A stretch of 64,000 bases of DNA, taken from assembly GCF_016433145.1 (NCBI RefSeq), contig NC_058132.1, forward strand, positions 388,631,499 through 388,695,498, read 5' to 3'. This document shows, one piece after another, positions 51,131 to 64,000 of this stretch. Numbering within the stretch: the first letter of the stretch is position 1; every line of letters starts with the position of its first letter. This stretch comes from Gracilinanus agilis. Taxonomy: Eukaryota. Made by a program: the position numbers and the translations under genes. The notes under the pieces are model-generated. The model was not told where the DNA came from and did no database searches. It saw nothing but the letters and a program-made list of their open reading frames with translations.

Positions 51131-53298
51131 GAAAATATGACTTTTTTTCCTTTGCCTTTGGAATACATGGAATACATGCTTTGCAAAAATTTTGTTTCCA
51201 CCCTGGCCCTCTTACCCCATCCTTCATTTCAGAATGCCACTCCCTCCCCCTAGGAACTGGTTACATCTTCCCTCTATTCACAATCTACCTCTGAACACAT
51301 TTTGTTGGTTTTGTTCTTACATTCTGTGGCTTCTAGACACCCAGCCATGCAGATTCTTTAGTTCCCATATTCACCTAGCCTCAACCCTTCTTCCATCTAC
51401 CCTGCTCATCGCTCATCCTCCCCAGATCTTTGCAAGGAAGGCTTGGTGGGGTAAGGAGTGAGAAGAGACACCATGCTTAGTTTACTAAAAAAGTGACATT
51501 GTTGGGTAAGTGGGCCCCAGGGGAGCTGCCTACCCCCACTTCTATTAGAGCCCTTCCTTGGCTAATCTTCAAGTTGGGAGGGTTATATGAACATGTTGGC
51601 CTCCCTGACACTATCCAATATGATTTGTGGAGGGTTGGGAGGGACTGAGATACTTGTAAACAAGATCTATTATATAGATATGAAGAAAAGTTAGCTAAAC
51701 TTATAGGAGATTTGGAATTTTATTTGTGTAATATCTTCTTTTTCTTTATACATGAAAATGTTTGCTTTGTTTGGTTGTGTAAACATTTGGAATAATAATA
51801 GTAAATAAAATAAAATATTGACCCTATACTTAACTACAACTAGTTGAACAGTTAATAAAAACTGTAACACTTTTTCTATCCTTGTGATGCAGGCATCAAT
51901 GAACAGAGCATGGAAAGTAGGAAAAAGTCATCTCTATCCATTGGCCAAGACATGGTAAAGGACCAGCTGAGGCTCTGGTCCAATATTTTTGGCTTGATGA
52001 TTAGGTCAAGATATTGGCCTAGATATGGCAGTAACCTAGAGGCTTTCTAAAGATGTAGCCCTGACCTAAAGACTTAAACATAGTAGGCCACATTGAATCC
52101 ATCATCTTCTGTAGGAGTCAGAGCATCACAATGAGTGAGATAAGTGCATTATTCTCATAATGAGTATTTGGGCTTATACTCCATATTCAGGAAGGCAAAA
52201 ATACCCACTTAATACTCCAACTAGGGAAAGAGATGTGGAAGGCTAATTTGTTGCTTTTAGAGACTGTTTATCTAAAAGCCCCAGCACAAGTCCAGGATGG
52301 GCGACTGATAACAGGGAACTGAGGCCCCAATTCAAGAGCAATTAGCAATTCAATTATTTCTTTATTTTTCCCAAGGATTTTAAAGGAATGCTAGATGTAA
52401 CTCTTCCTTCCTTTATTTTAGTTTCACTGTTCTTTGAACTTAGAAACCCAGGAGTTATAATAGCCTGTATGTCACAGCTCCAAAACTGGAGTACGATAAG
52501 AGGAGGGCAAGGTGGAAGAGGTTTTGCAATTAAGGATCTATATAATGTTTGTCTGAGCTTAGCCAATTTGCATTCTTGAGGGCCACAAAACCAGAATGCC
52601 TCCTTTCATGAAAGGAATTAACAGCTGCCTTTTTACTATTATCCTCTGGCTCAGGTTTTGTTTATTTAAGTAAGTAGGGCATTCTTTGTTCATTTTTATA
52701 TCCCCCACAACAATGAAAACTTTTCTTGGGACATTAGTAGGAATGTGAAGTCTTCCAAACTTTAATCTTGACCCAATGGTTCACATCTGATGTCCCTCTC
52801 TAACAGTGGATCAGTGATCTGGATAAAATAATGGAGCAAATATACTTCTCTCCCTCTTACATCCTGAGAGGGAAACTGTGGTCCTCACACTGTCCCTATT
52901 CTTTGTTGAAACTTCAGCCTTGTGCTTCATATATTAATGGAATGACCATTATGAGCTAAGATTGAGGTCTCCATTTCCTGACACCTAGCCCACTTTTCTT
53001 TTTACTAGACTACTATGTCTTCTTAGGACATCACACTTCTTGAGGGAACATTCTCCAACTATGTATTTTGGGATTTAGTCAGGGTCTAGACCTCTCAAAA
53101 GGATTGCATTGAGGAAAATGCAGCCTACTGAAACCATCAGACATATATATAGAACTATAGAATTTGACAGTTGGCAGCTGGGTTCTATGACTGTTGGAGT
53201 CTGGAGAAATGCACAGGTTCTTTTTGGAGGCAAAGAAAATTGGACTCAAAGAAAATTGAGCTCTCATTCACTATTATATTCCTAAGCTTTTTGAAAAG

Positions 53299-53303
<5 letters not shown>

Positions 53304-53368
<65 letters not shown>

Positions 53369-53432
53369 TGAGAGAGAGAGAAACTGAGAGAGAGAGAAAC
53401 TGAGAGAGAGAAACAGAGAGGGAGAAAGAGAG
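53304..53432. repeat. (GA)n microsatellite grading into GAGAGAGAAACT-type units
   Basis: About 30 perfect GA units, then three aactgagagagag units. Confidence 0.95.
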
Positions 53433-53951
53433 AGAATCAGATGTCTAGTCTTTGCATTAAAATTTCAAGGAGTTTATTTCAGAAAAGATGACCAATTTTG
53501 AAAGTGACTAGGGGAAAATGAAGGGAGGAAATAAATATTAATACACTTGGCTAGAAAGAATTTCAGGTGAATCTATGTGTAAACCAGAATTAAGTGTGTA
53601 ATTCTTAGGGTAATGACATTTGGTTTGTAACCCCAACATTTTCAGTACTCCAGTCAGAATTAGTGTTCCCTCTATATGGGATAAAATTGTGCATTATCCC
53701 CCCAGCATATATTAGTATTAGAAACTGGGATGAAATGCTTTTGTGTATGTGTGGAGTTTTAAGAGAGAGAGAGAAAGTTAGGAGAAAGGGGATTTCTAAT
53801 TAGGAAGCTTGAGAGAACAGTATGATTAATAATGCTAGGTGGAGTAAGAGAATCATGTTAAACTAACAGGCTGGAAAGGGGAGATCCTGCTGCTTCAAAC
53901 ATCAGGATTACAGACTCAGCAAGTATGATTAGTTAATCTGAGCTGGGATCT

Positions 53952-54545
53952 TGTTGGAAGTCTCTGTGTGTGTCATGGGCATTGTACCCCCAAAACTATA
54001 GAAGTATTTTAGGCAAACTATAAGCAGGGAAATTCCTTTGCTCCCTTCTGTCCTTGTGACTCATACCCCATTAGCATCTGGTAACTTCTATAAGACCCTG
54101 AGAGAATTATACTCTTTGGATTGTCCTTTAGATGGACAGAGAGATACACCTCCTTGATTTCATCAAGTTGTATCTCAGACATCCATCTGTTCCCTAAACT
54201 ATGAGGATCACTCCCTATATCTCTAGGCAGACTTAGTCAGATGACCAAACACCCCCACCAAATGCCTGAGTGTTTACCACACTAGAGTCACGTCTTCACC
54301 GTGGCACAGAATCACATCTCCACTGTTGTAAAGAGTATAAAATCTCCAGAGTTTTTCCATCCATACTGTCCTCCCAAAGAGCAGTTCCCCATTTTGCTGT
54401 TCCACCTTGCTATCATCCTGGCCATTCTCAATATTACTTTCTAAATTAATAAATTTATCTTTTATTTTTAAGCTAAGTTTTGGAGTCTTGTTGCAAAAGA
54501 TACCCTTCCCCACCCTTGGGGGTTCACCTCTAGCACCCCACAACA
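53952..54545 (+). mobile_element. 5' LTR of class I ERV
   Basis: TGTTG...CAACA inverted termini; TATAAAA 54336; AATAAA 54448; followed by TG-TGGTCATGCTGAAGGG, a degenerate PBS (tRNA not assignable). Confidence 0.8.
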
Positions 54546-54969
54546 TGTGGTCATGCTGAAGGGCAGTTTTCAGGGTGGAAAACAGAAGTAGGTCCCCACC
54601 CCAGTTTCCTGGTTGATATAAGGTAACTTAAAGCTGTACTGGAGTTATTTGGCGGGTTTTGATCTAGAAAGGACTATTGTTCTGAGCTGCAATGGCAGAT
54701 CTGAACTAAATTAGTGAGGTTTGAAGTTCAGTTTAAGCTGTTTGTATAAACACATAACCTCTTTGTTCTGAGCTGCTTGGGAAGATGCCCTGAGACCTTT
54801 AAGTGGCTTTTGCCAATTGAAGACAGGGGAGGAAAACATTAAAATTCTTAAAGAGATATGGCTTCTGTGGGCAGTAGGCCAAGTTGAGCTGTGGCTAGTG
54901 TTATAACAAAAAAGGCCCAGGGACATATAGAATATAACAAAGATTATTCCAAATTCCAAAACAAACAAC

Positions 54970-56690
54970 ATGGGGTGAAAATCATCAATCAGCTCATAAG
55001 AAAAGGCAGCTTCAGAAGTCCATGATAAGAGGAAAATGACTAAAGTAGTAGAGAATCAGAATTCCTAGGTACAGTCCTTTAGGAATTAAAAGCTTGGAAA
55101 ACATCCCCTCAATATGAGAATTTTGTTATACCCTCGTGGAATACTGTCGTTTTCAGTGGTCAGGGCTAGAAATTGACAAACAGACCTATACCCAATGCCC
55201 AAAATTTGGATCTAATAATAATATAGTTTGTGAGAGCTTATGTTTGACTGTTAACCAGAGAAAATTTAAAAATGATGGGGAGAAAGCTTATGCTGCACTA
55301 TGGCTGCCAGATGTAGAAACTTTTGGGATGAGAAAAAAGGGTAGAAGGAAATAGCAGTGGCTATAACAGTTACTGTAGCAGAGAAGGAAAAGGAATCACA
55401 GGAGGAGGTAGAGAAGACTTGGGACTCACTCTAGTCTTTCCTGCCCCCATTTTAGTTTCTCCTGTTCCCCATGTACCACTTGCTCCTCCTGTTCCTCCTG
55501 TGCCAACACCAGCACCTCAAATAGAGGCAGAGCCAGTACCAGTGCCTCCTGTGGCACCTATAGTTCCATCGGTTCCCCCACTGCCAAAACTCAAAACAAA
55601 ACCTGCAGTGTCAGTAGCTATTCCTCTGCCAGACCTCTATGAATATGTGAACAGGGAAGTTAAGAGGTTATTAGAGGACCAGATAAATTTCCCTTTGGGA
55701 GGAAATACCAAACAGTATCCACTCATAAATGTATCAGTAGGAGAGGGGCTAGGATATGTTAGGGCCTCTCTCAGTGTCTCTGAAGTTCAGAACTTTAAAA
55801 GAGACATGAAAATTCTGTTAAAAGATTCTGTGGGTGTTGCTGAGCAAGTTGATCAATTCTTAGGGCCATATTTATATTCATGGCCAGAGATAACAGCAAT
55901 TTTGAAACAGTTATTCACTGAGGAAGAAAAAGGCCAGATTAGAAGAACAGCTATGACAGCATGGGACCATAAATACCCAGAAGAGGAAGGAGGTACCAAT
56001 GGCAAGGCCAAATATCCAATAAGAGATCCCAGTTAGGATAATAATGAGCCCACCCATTTAATGAATAAATGTAATGAATATGAAAGATCTTAGGAAGATG
56101 TTTATCCAAGGGATAAAGACAGCAGTGACTCAAAGTCAGAATATGGATAAGATTTATGAAACACCAAGTAAAGAAAGGATGAGACTTTAAGTTTATATAT
56201 AGATTAAGAGAAGCATTTAGTAAGTATTCTGGAGTGGACTTGACTGAGCCTGGTGGACAAAGTCTCTTAAAAAGCAATTTTGTCACCAGTTCATGGCCAG
56301 ATATGTGTTAAAAAGCTCAACAAGATAGAAGATGGATGATGAACCCTCTTGATGAGTTACTCCAGCAAGCTCAGCTAGTTTATGTTAGGCAAGAAGAAGA
56401 TGAAGAAAAGGGAAAAGCCAGAACCTTTATTTGAGCTAACAGAGAATTGACACAAAATGAGTACTCCAGATTTAGACACACAAGAAAGAAAAAACCAGGA
56501 ACAAAGGGTAAGCCAGAAGGGGTATGTTCTGGTGAAAGAGAAAGATGATGGGACAGGAAAGTCCCTAGAGAAGGCAAGACCTCTTTTAGTATGATTTAAC
56601 TGTGGAGAAGGGCATATGAGGAGAAAATGCCCTAAACAAGAGAAAGAACATAAAATCTACTGTCAGAAGCAGAGGATTGATGGGGTCATG
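54970..56690 (+). pseudogene. gag: Class I ERV gag (MA, proline-rich, CA, NC), disrupted
   Basis: ATG GGG TGA start; Pro-rich 55419-55620; CA GYVRASLSVSEVQNFKRDMKILLKD...FTEEEK; damaged knuckle *FNCGEGHMRRKCPK at about 56592-56635. Confidence 0.9.
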
Positions 56691-56699
56691 TAAGGGATC

Positions 56700-57100
56700 T
56701 TTTGAACCCCACCCAGAGCCCTTGATAACCTTGCAGGTGGGGAACCAGGAGGTAGAGATTACCTTCTTGATTGACACAGGAGTGGTGAGATCCTCTCTCA
56801 TTTTGTTACCTCCAGGAGCTAAGCTGAATGATCAGAAGCTCATTGTATCTGGGGTAAAGGGCATTTCTCTGCCCTCATGACACAACATCTGATTGTAAAC
56901 TTTAAGCAGAAGAAAATATTCAGACAATTTCTCCTGATTCCTGAAGTAGGCATTAATTTGCTGGGAGATAAGATTACAAAAATAAATCTGCATTTGAGTT
57001 TGAGGGGGACTAAAATCCTAGCTACACTGCATGTAGCCTTTCCAGCAGCTTTTTTTAAAGGTGGAAGTAGAGAAAACATATCTCCTCAAGTGCGGACAAG
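56700..57100 (+). pseudogene. pro: Retroviral aspartic protease
   Basis: PEPLITLQVGNQEVEITFLIDTGVVRSSL (DTG active-site motif). Confidence 0.9.
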
Positions 57101-59047
57101 ACCCAGAAATAGAGGGAAAATCTCAATGCTTCCTTTACAAATTCAATTGAGAGAGCCAGTCCAGATTGTTAAAACCAGGCAGTAATCCTATTTCATTTAA
57201 AGGGAGGAAATGGCTGAAGCTTGTGATTACAGTCTTGCTAGAGGATGGCTTATTGGAGTGTTACTAGTCAGCCTATAACAGTCCAATATTACCAGTACCA
57301 AAGCTGAATGTAATTTATAGGCTGGTACAGGATCTGAGAAAGATCAATAAGATAGTAGTTCCTACCCATTCAATGGTCCCAGATCCTTGTACTTTGATGA
57401 GTAAAATCCCTCACAGTAGAGCACAGCAGTGAGTATTTACTGTGATAGATCTGAAAGATGCTTTCTGGTCAGTCCCTCGGTACCCTGAAAACCAAGATCT
57501 GTTTGTATTTGAATGGGAAGACCCTGAAACAGAAAGAAAAAGACAATTCCAGTGGTGTGTGTGAGCACATGGGTTCAATAATTCCCAAAATATCTTCATC
57601 CAGGTTATTGAAGGAATTTTAGAGGAGTTTAAACCCCCACCCCAAGCCACACTTCTCCAATATGTGGATGATCTGTTGCTAGCAGGGGACAAAAGTCCCA
57701 GCATAGTAATTGTTTCAGTTAATTTACTAAACTTTTTAGGTGAAAAAGGACTGTGAGTGTCAAAGGAAAAGTTACATTTTGCAGGAAAATAAGTTAAATA
57801 ATTAGGATATTTCATTAGTGAAGGGTGGAGAAGGTTAGACCCAGCTTGAGTTTCCACAATCCCTGCAATTAAAACTTCCTCAGACAAAAAAGAATTTAAG
57901 GATGTTTTGGGGATTAGTGAATTATCTTAGACTCTGTACAAATGAGTACACAACATATACAAAGCCATTGTATGCTCATCTCCAAGGAGAAGCTCCAGAT
58001 CCTATAGAATGGGATACAGAAGGAAAAGAAAAAAATTTCAGAGTTAAAGACTTTAAAATCAGCCCCAGTATTATCCCTATCCTCTTTGAGAAAGCCTCTT
58101 CACCTCCTTTGACTAAGGAATTGCCTTGGGAGTCCTTATACAAACATGGGGAAGACAAAGGCAACCAGTAACATTCTTATCTAGAATCCTTGATCCAGTT
58201 GCAAGAGGATGGCCAAGATGTATGCAATCAATTGCTGCCACAGCAATTTTGGTAGAAAAAAATAGAAAATGGACTTTTGGAGGAAGCAATACCTCACCAA
58301 GTCTGTACAATTCTCTGCCAAAGGGCTAGAAGGTGGCTTACTGATTTTAGGATATTGAGATATGAAGCAATCTTATTGGGGAAAGATGATCTAGTCCTGG
58401 AAGCAGATTCAAACTTGAATCCTGCAATATTCTTATGGGGGACTAGAAAAGAAAATTATAAAGAAACTGAGCATGATTGCTTGGTTATTATTGATTAGCA
58501 AACAAAAGTCAGTGAGGATTTACAGGAAATGCCTATCCCTGGAGAAATTAATGTATTTATAGATGGATCCTCATGAGTAATAGACAGAAAAAGGAGAAAT
58601 GGTTATCCAATTTTGATGGCGATAAAGCAGTCTTAGTAGATAAAGGCCATCTTCAGGGCACTTGGTTAGCTGTGAGCTATAGGCTCTAAATCAGATTCTG
58701 AAAACACTGGGAAACCAAGGAGGAAACATATATACTGACTCAAAGTACTCATGGGGAGTAGTTCATATATTTGGAAAAATTTGGAGTGAGAAAGGAATGA
58801 TTTCTAGCAAGGGGAAAAATGATTTCCAGCACATATTGAACTGCTGAAGAAAGTACTTAAGAAATGTTAGAGTCAGAACAATTGGCTGTGATCCATGTAA
58901 ATGAACAACAAAAGGTAACTCCTTCAAAGCTAGAGGAAATACATTAGCAGATGAAGAAGCTAGGAGAGATGGAACTGAGGAAGAAGATGAGGTTTCAATG
59001 CTGTCACTCATATCCTACTTGCCTGAAGACATAGGAAAGCCAGTCTT
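57100..59047 (+). pseudogene. pol: Class I ERV pol: RT, connection, RNase H (stops and frameshifts)
   Basis: YNSPILPVPK, YRLVQDLRKIN, VIDLKDAFW, QYVDDLLLA (YVDD 57661-57672); RNase H VFIDGSS at about 58553 and GNTLADEEAR at about 58935. Confidence 0.95.
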
Positions 59048-62000
59048 TTTATTTTTATTTGTTTTTTTGTTTTTATTTTTTACATTTTATTTTATTTTTT
59101 AATTTTTAAAATTTTTTATTGATTAATTAACTTAGCATATTTTTCCATGGTTACATGATTCATTTTTTTCCCTCCCCTCCTCCCTCTTCACTCCTGGAGC
59201 CAAATGAGCAATTCCACTGGGTTTTACATGTATCATTGTTCAGAAGCTATTTCCATATTATTACTATTTGCAATTGAGTAATCATTTAAAGTCAACATCC
59301 CCAATGATATCCCCATCAAACCATGTGATCAATCATCTGTTTTTCTTCTGTGTTCCTACTCCCACAGTTCTTTCTCTGGATGTGAATAGTGTTCTTTCTC
59401 ATACGTCCCTCAGAATTGTCCTGGATAATTGCATTGCTGCCCCTAGAGAAGTCCATTACATTTGATTGTGCCACAGTGTTTCAGCTTTTGTATTCAATAT
59501 TCTCTTGGCTCTGCTCCTTTTGTTCTACATCAATTCCTGGAGGTCTTTCTAGTTTACATGGAATTCCTCCAGTTCATCATTTCTTTCAGCACAATTCTAT
59601 CTCTCTTTTTGGTGTGGCAACTTTTGGAATCAGTACCATATTTGTATCATATAAGGAATTTGGTAAAAATCCTTCTTTGCTTATTTTGTCAATTTGTTTG
59701 CATAGTAGTCAAACTAGTTGTTCTTTACAAGTTTGAGAGAATTCACTTGTGAATCCATTTGGCTCTGGGGATTTTTCTTAGGGAGTTCTTTGATGGCTTA
59801 TTCAATTTCTTTTTCTGAGATGGGATTGTTTAGGTATTCTATTTCCTCTTTTGTTAATCTAGGCAGTTTGTATTTTTGTAAATATTCACCCATTTCACCT
59901 AGATTGTTATATTTATTGCCATATAGGTGAGCAAACTATTTCTTAATAATTACCTTAATTTACTCTTTATTAGAGGTAGTGTTACTCTTTTCATCTTTCA
60001 TACTGTTAATTTCATTTTCTCCTTTTTTTAAAAATTAGATTAACCAGTACTTTATTTTATTTTTTCAAAATGCCAGCTCCTAGGGTCTTATTTATTAATT
60101 CAATAGTTCTTTTACTTTCAATTTTATCAATGTCTCCTTTGATTTTTAGGATTTCCAATTTGGTTTTTATCTGGGAATTTTTAATTTGTCCTCTTTCTAC
60201 ATTTTTTAAATTGCATGCCCAATTCATTGACCTCTTCCATCTCTGATTTTTTGATATATGCACTCAGGGATATAAATCCCCACCCCCCACCCCAGTACTG
60301 CTTTGGCTGCGACTCATAGATTTTGATATGTTGTTTCCTCATTTTCATTCTCTTCAATGAAATCAGTAATTGATTCTTTGATTTGTTCTTTGACTCGCCA
60401 GTTTTGAAGAATTAGATGATTTAATTTCCAATTAATTTTAAATTTGCCTTTCCATAGGCCTTTATTGATTATGATTTTTATTGCATTATGGTCTGAAAAA
60501 CTGCATTTATTATTTCTGTTTTCCTACATTTTTTTGCAATGTTTTCATGCCCTATTACAAGGTCAATCTTTGTATATGTACCATGTGTTGCTGAATGCTT
60601 CTTTCCCTATTTTAATCCCTATTTATTTTTCTACAGATATCTATTAGCTCTAATTTTTTCTAAATTTCATTCACTTCCCTTACTTTTTATTTATTTTTGG
60701 TTTGATTTATCTAGTTCTGATAGGGGAAGGTTTAGGTCCCCTACTAGTATGGTTTTCCTACTTATTTCCTCTTTTAGATCTTTTAATTTCTCCTTTAGAA
60801 ATCTGAATACTATATCATTTGGTGCATATATGTTGAGTAATGATATTTCTTCATTATTTATACTGCCTTTCATCAAGACGTAATTATCTTATCTTTTAAC
60901 CAAATTTATTTTTACTTTAACTCTGTCTGAGATTATACTTGCTACCCCTGCATTCTTTGTCTCAGTTGCAGCCCAGTAAATTCTACTCCACCTTCTTACC
61001 GTTACCTTGTGTATGTCTATCTGCCTCAAGTGTGTTTCTTGTAGACAACATATGGTAGGATTCTGGTTTTTAATCCAAACTGCTCTCTGCTTCCTTTTTA
61101 TGGGTGAGTTCATCCCATTCAAATTCACAGTTATGATTACTGTCTGTGTATTTCCCTCCATTTTGACTTCCTCCTTTGATTCTGCCTTTTCTCTTATCCC
61201 TCTTACCCTCCCCTCCAACTTTTTACTTTTAGTCAGTCTCCCCCTTTCCCCCTCCCTAATGTTACTCCCTTTCCCACCTGCTCCCTTATTATACCCCTCT
61301 TACTATAGTGCCTTTTAAATGACCCTCCCACTTTTCCCTCCCTTGTATTGCTCCCCTCCCCACCAATTTTTATATTGTTTATATTCCTTCTACTTCTCAA
61401 TAGGGTACAATACAATTCTCTGACCCAATGGATCTGACTGTTCTTCCCTTTCTGAGTCGATTCCAATGTGCTTAAGATTTAAGTATCTGTTGTCAACCTC
61501 TAACTCCCTTCCATTGTACTGGGAACCCCCACCCACTTGTGCATCTTTATGTAATATATATTTACCCCATTTTATCTTTTTTTCCCATTTCTCTTAGTAT
61601 TATCCTCTTTTTTACCCCTAGTTTTTTATATATTTGTTTTGACATATCATCCTATACAATTTATCACTGTAACCTCTCGATATACTTCTTCTAGCTACCC
61701 CAATGATAATAATAATTTCTAAGAGTTACCAATATCATCTTTTCATATAGAAATGCAAATCATTTGAACATATTGGATCCCTTAATTTTTTTTTCCTTTC
61801 TTAATTACCTTTTGGTGTTTCTCTTGAGTTCTGTATTTGGGCATAACATTTTCTGTTTAAGTCTGGTCTTTTTTTTCAGGAATGCTTGGAAATCTTCTAT
61901 TTTATTAAATGACCATACTTTCTCCTGTAAGAATATAGTCAATTTTGCTAACTAGTTGATTTTTGGTTGTAGATCCAGTTCTCTTACTTTCTGGAATGTT

Positions 62001-63466
62001 ATATTCCATGCCCTCTGGAAGTTCAATGTGGATGCAGCCATGTTCTGTGTAATTCTGACTGTGGCTCCATAATATCTGAATTGTTTTCTTTTAGCAATTT
62101 GTAATATCTTTTCCTTGTTTTGGAAGTTCTTGAACTTGGCTATAACATTCCTGAGTAGTGTCAATGAAGGATTTAATTTTCTTCAACCTCTCTTAATTGT
62201 TGTTTGAATTGTGTTTTGAGTTCTTCTAAAGCCTGGGTCCAACTTGTTGGAGTTCCTGAGTTTTTGCTCAGTATTCCTTGGTCCTCCTCTGTTCCATTTG
62301 TGTTTTGTTCATTGCCTGAATAAAAACTGTCAATTGAATATTTTTTTTCTTTTTCTGTTGTTTACTCATATTTTTTTCTTCTTTCTTCCTCCTTATTGCC
62401 TGTATTCTTACTCCTCTGTTTATTTGCTGACTCTGAGTTTGGGCTTTTCTGACCTAAAGGAGCTTCTTCTCTGCTCAGCTAATTAACTGGATTAGGCTGA
62501 TGGAACTAAACCATTGAATTAATATGCCCTGAGGTCAGATCTTCCCCAGTTGTCAGCAGAGGCTGAAGGTGAAAGTGAGGATGTGAAAGCTGAAGGAAGT
62601 TACCATAGGTCCTCCTGTCTACTTCTTTCTTCCAGCTGCCTTCCTGCCCCATCAGAGTTGTGACCTTCCCATGGTGGTACCAAGGTACTTTGTTGAGGTT
62701 GCAGCCTTTGCCCTGCTATCCCAGTAAGCCAGATTCCTACTATGGGTTTCAGTAAAGTAGGTGGTGGAAGGGTGTTGGATCTTTCCCTTATACCTGAGAA
62801 ATCAACATCTGCAAACATTTCAGGTTGGATCTAGCCTGAGAGACCTGTGGCTCTGTCCCACTGCCCAACCTGGTCTGTCCATTTTGGACTCTTGGTCCTC
62901 TGGTTTTCTTCCAGTTCTGTGAGACTGAGCCCCTCTGCCCTTGGGAGGCTTCTTCTCTGCACTATTGATAAACTGGATTAAGCCAGTTGAGCTGATCTGC
63001 AGAGCTAAATGTGCCCTGAAGCCAAAGCTTCCAGAGACAGAGGCCTAAGATGGAAGTGTGATAGCTAAAGGCTGTGACCAGCCTGCTCTCTTCTCTGCTT
63101 CTCTCCTTCAGCTCCCTCCTTGCCAGCTATGGTCAGAGCCCTAAACTTTGCTTAGTTGTGGTAGCAAGGCTCTCCATCCTGGTTGAAGCTCTTGCCCTGA
63201 GATCTCACCAACCACTGAAGTCTCAGCACAGTAGGTGGGGGAAGGGCCCTGGGACCTTCCATCTTTCTTTTCCTTAAACCTGAGAATTCAACCTTCTCTG
63301 CATACCTTTTAAGTTGAATCATGCAGGAAGGTCCTGCATCTCTGTTTTGTTGTTGGATTTGGTTTTCTGTCCCCCTTCAAGTGCTTTGTTTTTGATTGGT
63401 ATGGAAGGGTTTTCACAGAGGAATCAACTTTTGCTGCTTGTAAGCTGCCATCTTGACTCATCACTC
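59048..63466 (-). mobile_element. L1 with both termini, 12-bp TSD and internal deletions, inserted into ERV pol
   Basis: TSD aaagccagtctt at 59036-59047 and 63467-63478; 5' end GAGTGATGAGTCAAGATGGCAG; A-rich tail; ORF1 ATG 62369; EN MEGNTQTVIITVNLNGMNSPIKRK; ORF2 jumps to the 3'UTR at about 59610. Confidence 0.93.
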
Positions 63467-63478
63467 AAAGCCAGTCTT

Positions 63479-64000
63479 AACAGAGGCAGAAATAGATATG
63501 AAAACTAGAGGAGGAGAAGAAACAGAAGATGACAGATGGTTTCTGCCTGATGGAAGAGAGATAATCAACAAGCTAGCTAGAAGCATTTTAAATCATTGCA
63601 CCAAGGCAATCACTGGGGGTGTCCAGAGTTTATGTGACCTAATTTTAGCACATTATGTGTGCACTGCATTATACACTGTTGCAAAACAAGTAGTGGACTC
63701 CTGCTTGATTTGTAAGAAGGTTAATAAACAGAGTTTGAAGAGTTCACTCCATGGGGGAAGGTGTTCAGGGCTATGGCCATTCCAAAGTATTCAAGTAGAT
63801 TTTACTGAGATGGTACCAACTGGCACAACAAAGTACCTTCTTGTATTGGTAGATCATTTAACTCCCTGGCTAGAAGCTTATCCAACTCCCAGAGCAACTG
63901 GTCTGATTATAACCAAAATTTTGCTTGAACAGATTATTCCTAGATATGGTCTGCCAGATAATATTGATTCTGATAATGGAACCTACTTTACCTCTACAAT
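63479..64000 (+). pseudogene. pol: Class I ERV integrase (continues beyond window)
   Basis: Stop-free frame to the window edge: DSCLICKKVN, WPFQSIQVDFTEM, KYLLVLVDHL, YGLPDNIDSDNGTYFT. Confidence 0.95.

Noticed and set aside
52374-52520. First-half PDZ exon of a second paralogue (DFKGMLDV.../FELRNPGVII)
   Set aside because: Similarity to DEDGLGISII is too weak and the donor is poor
53171-53371. ORF ending in ER repeats
   Set aside because: Translation of the (GA)n microsatellite
54546-54565. Assignment of the PBS to a specific tRNA
   Set aside because: Only partial match (TGG......GAAGGG) to a tRNA-Arg-type PBS; too degenerate
1-64000. CRISPR arrays, operons, standalone rRNA/tRNA genes
   Set aside because: Eukaryotic DNA; no repeat-spacer array, and tRNA-like sequences are only SINE heads

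Overview
AT-rich, strongly CpG-depleted mammalian genomic DNA. Its SINE and L1 termini look marsupial, most like the opossum Monodelphis (inference from remembered repeat consensus sequences). Most of the window is transposon-derived: many L1 pieces, CORE-SINEs/MIR/L2, a solo LTR, two decayed ERV-like remnants at about 44.3-49.5 kb, and a class I (gamma-like) provirus from 53,952 to beyond the right edge, split by a 4.4-kb L1 with a 12-bp target-site duplication (TSD). The main non-repeat signal is a spliced + strand gene whose short exons (2215-24548) are missed or mis-framed by the ORF track. They encode the C-terminal half of a PDZ domain, coiled-coil segments and a SAM domain, with the exon order and intron phases I recall for neurabin-1/spinophilin (PPP1R9A/B). 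The sequence is far too diverged to be the ordinary orthologue, and it ends in a polybasic CaaX box (KRRKCTIL*) that neurabins are not known to have. The 5' exons lie left of the window and at least two internal linking exons were not securely found. All family assignments are by-eye comparisons to remembered sequences; no search was run.
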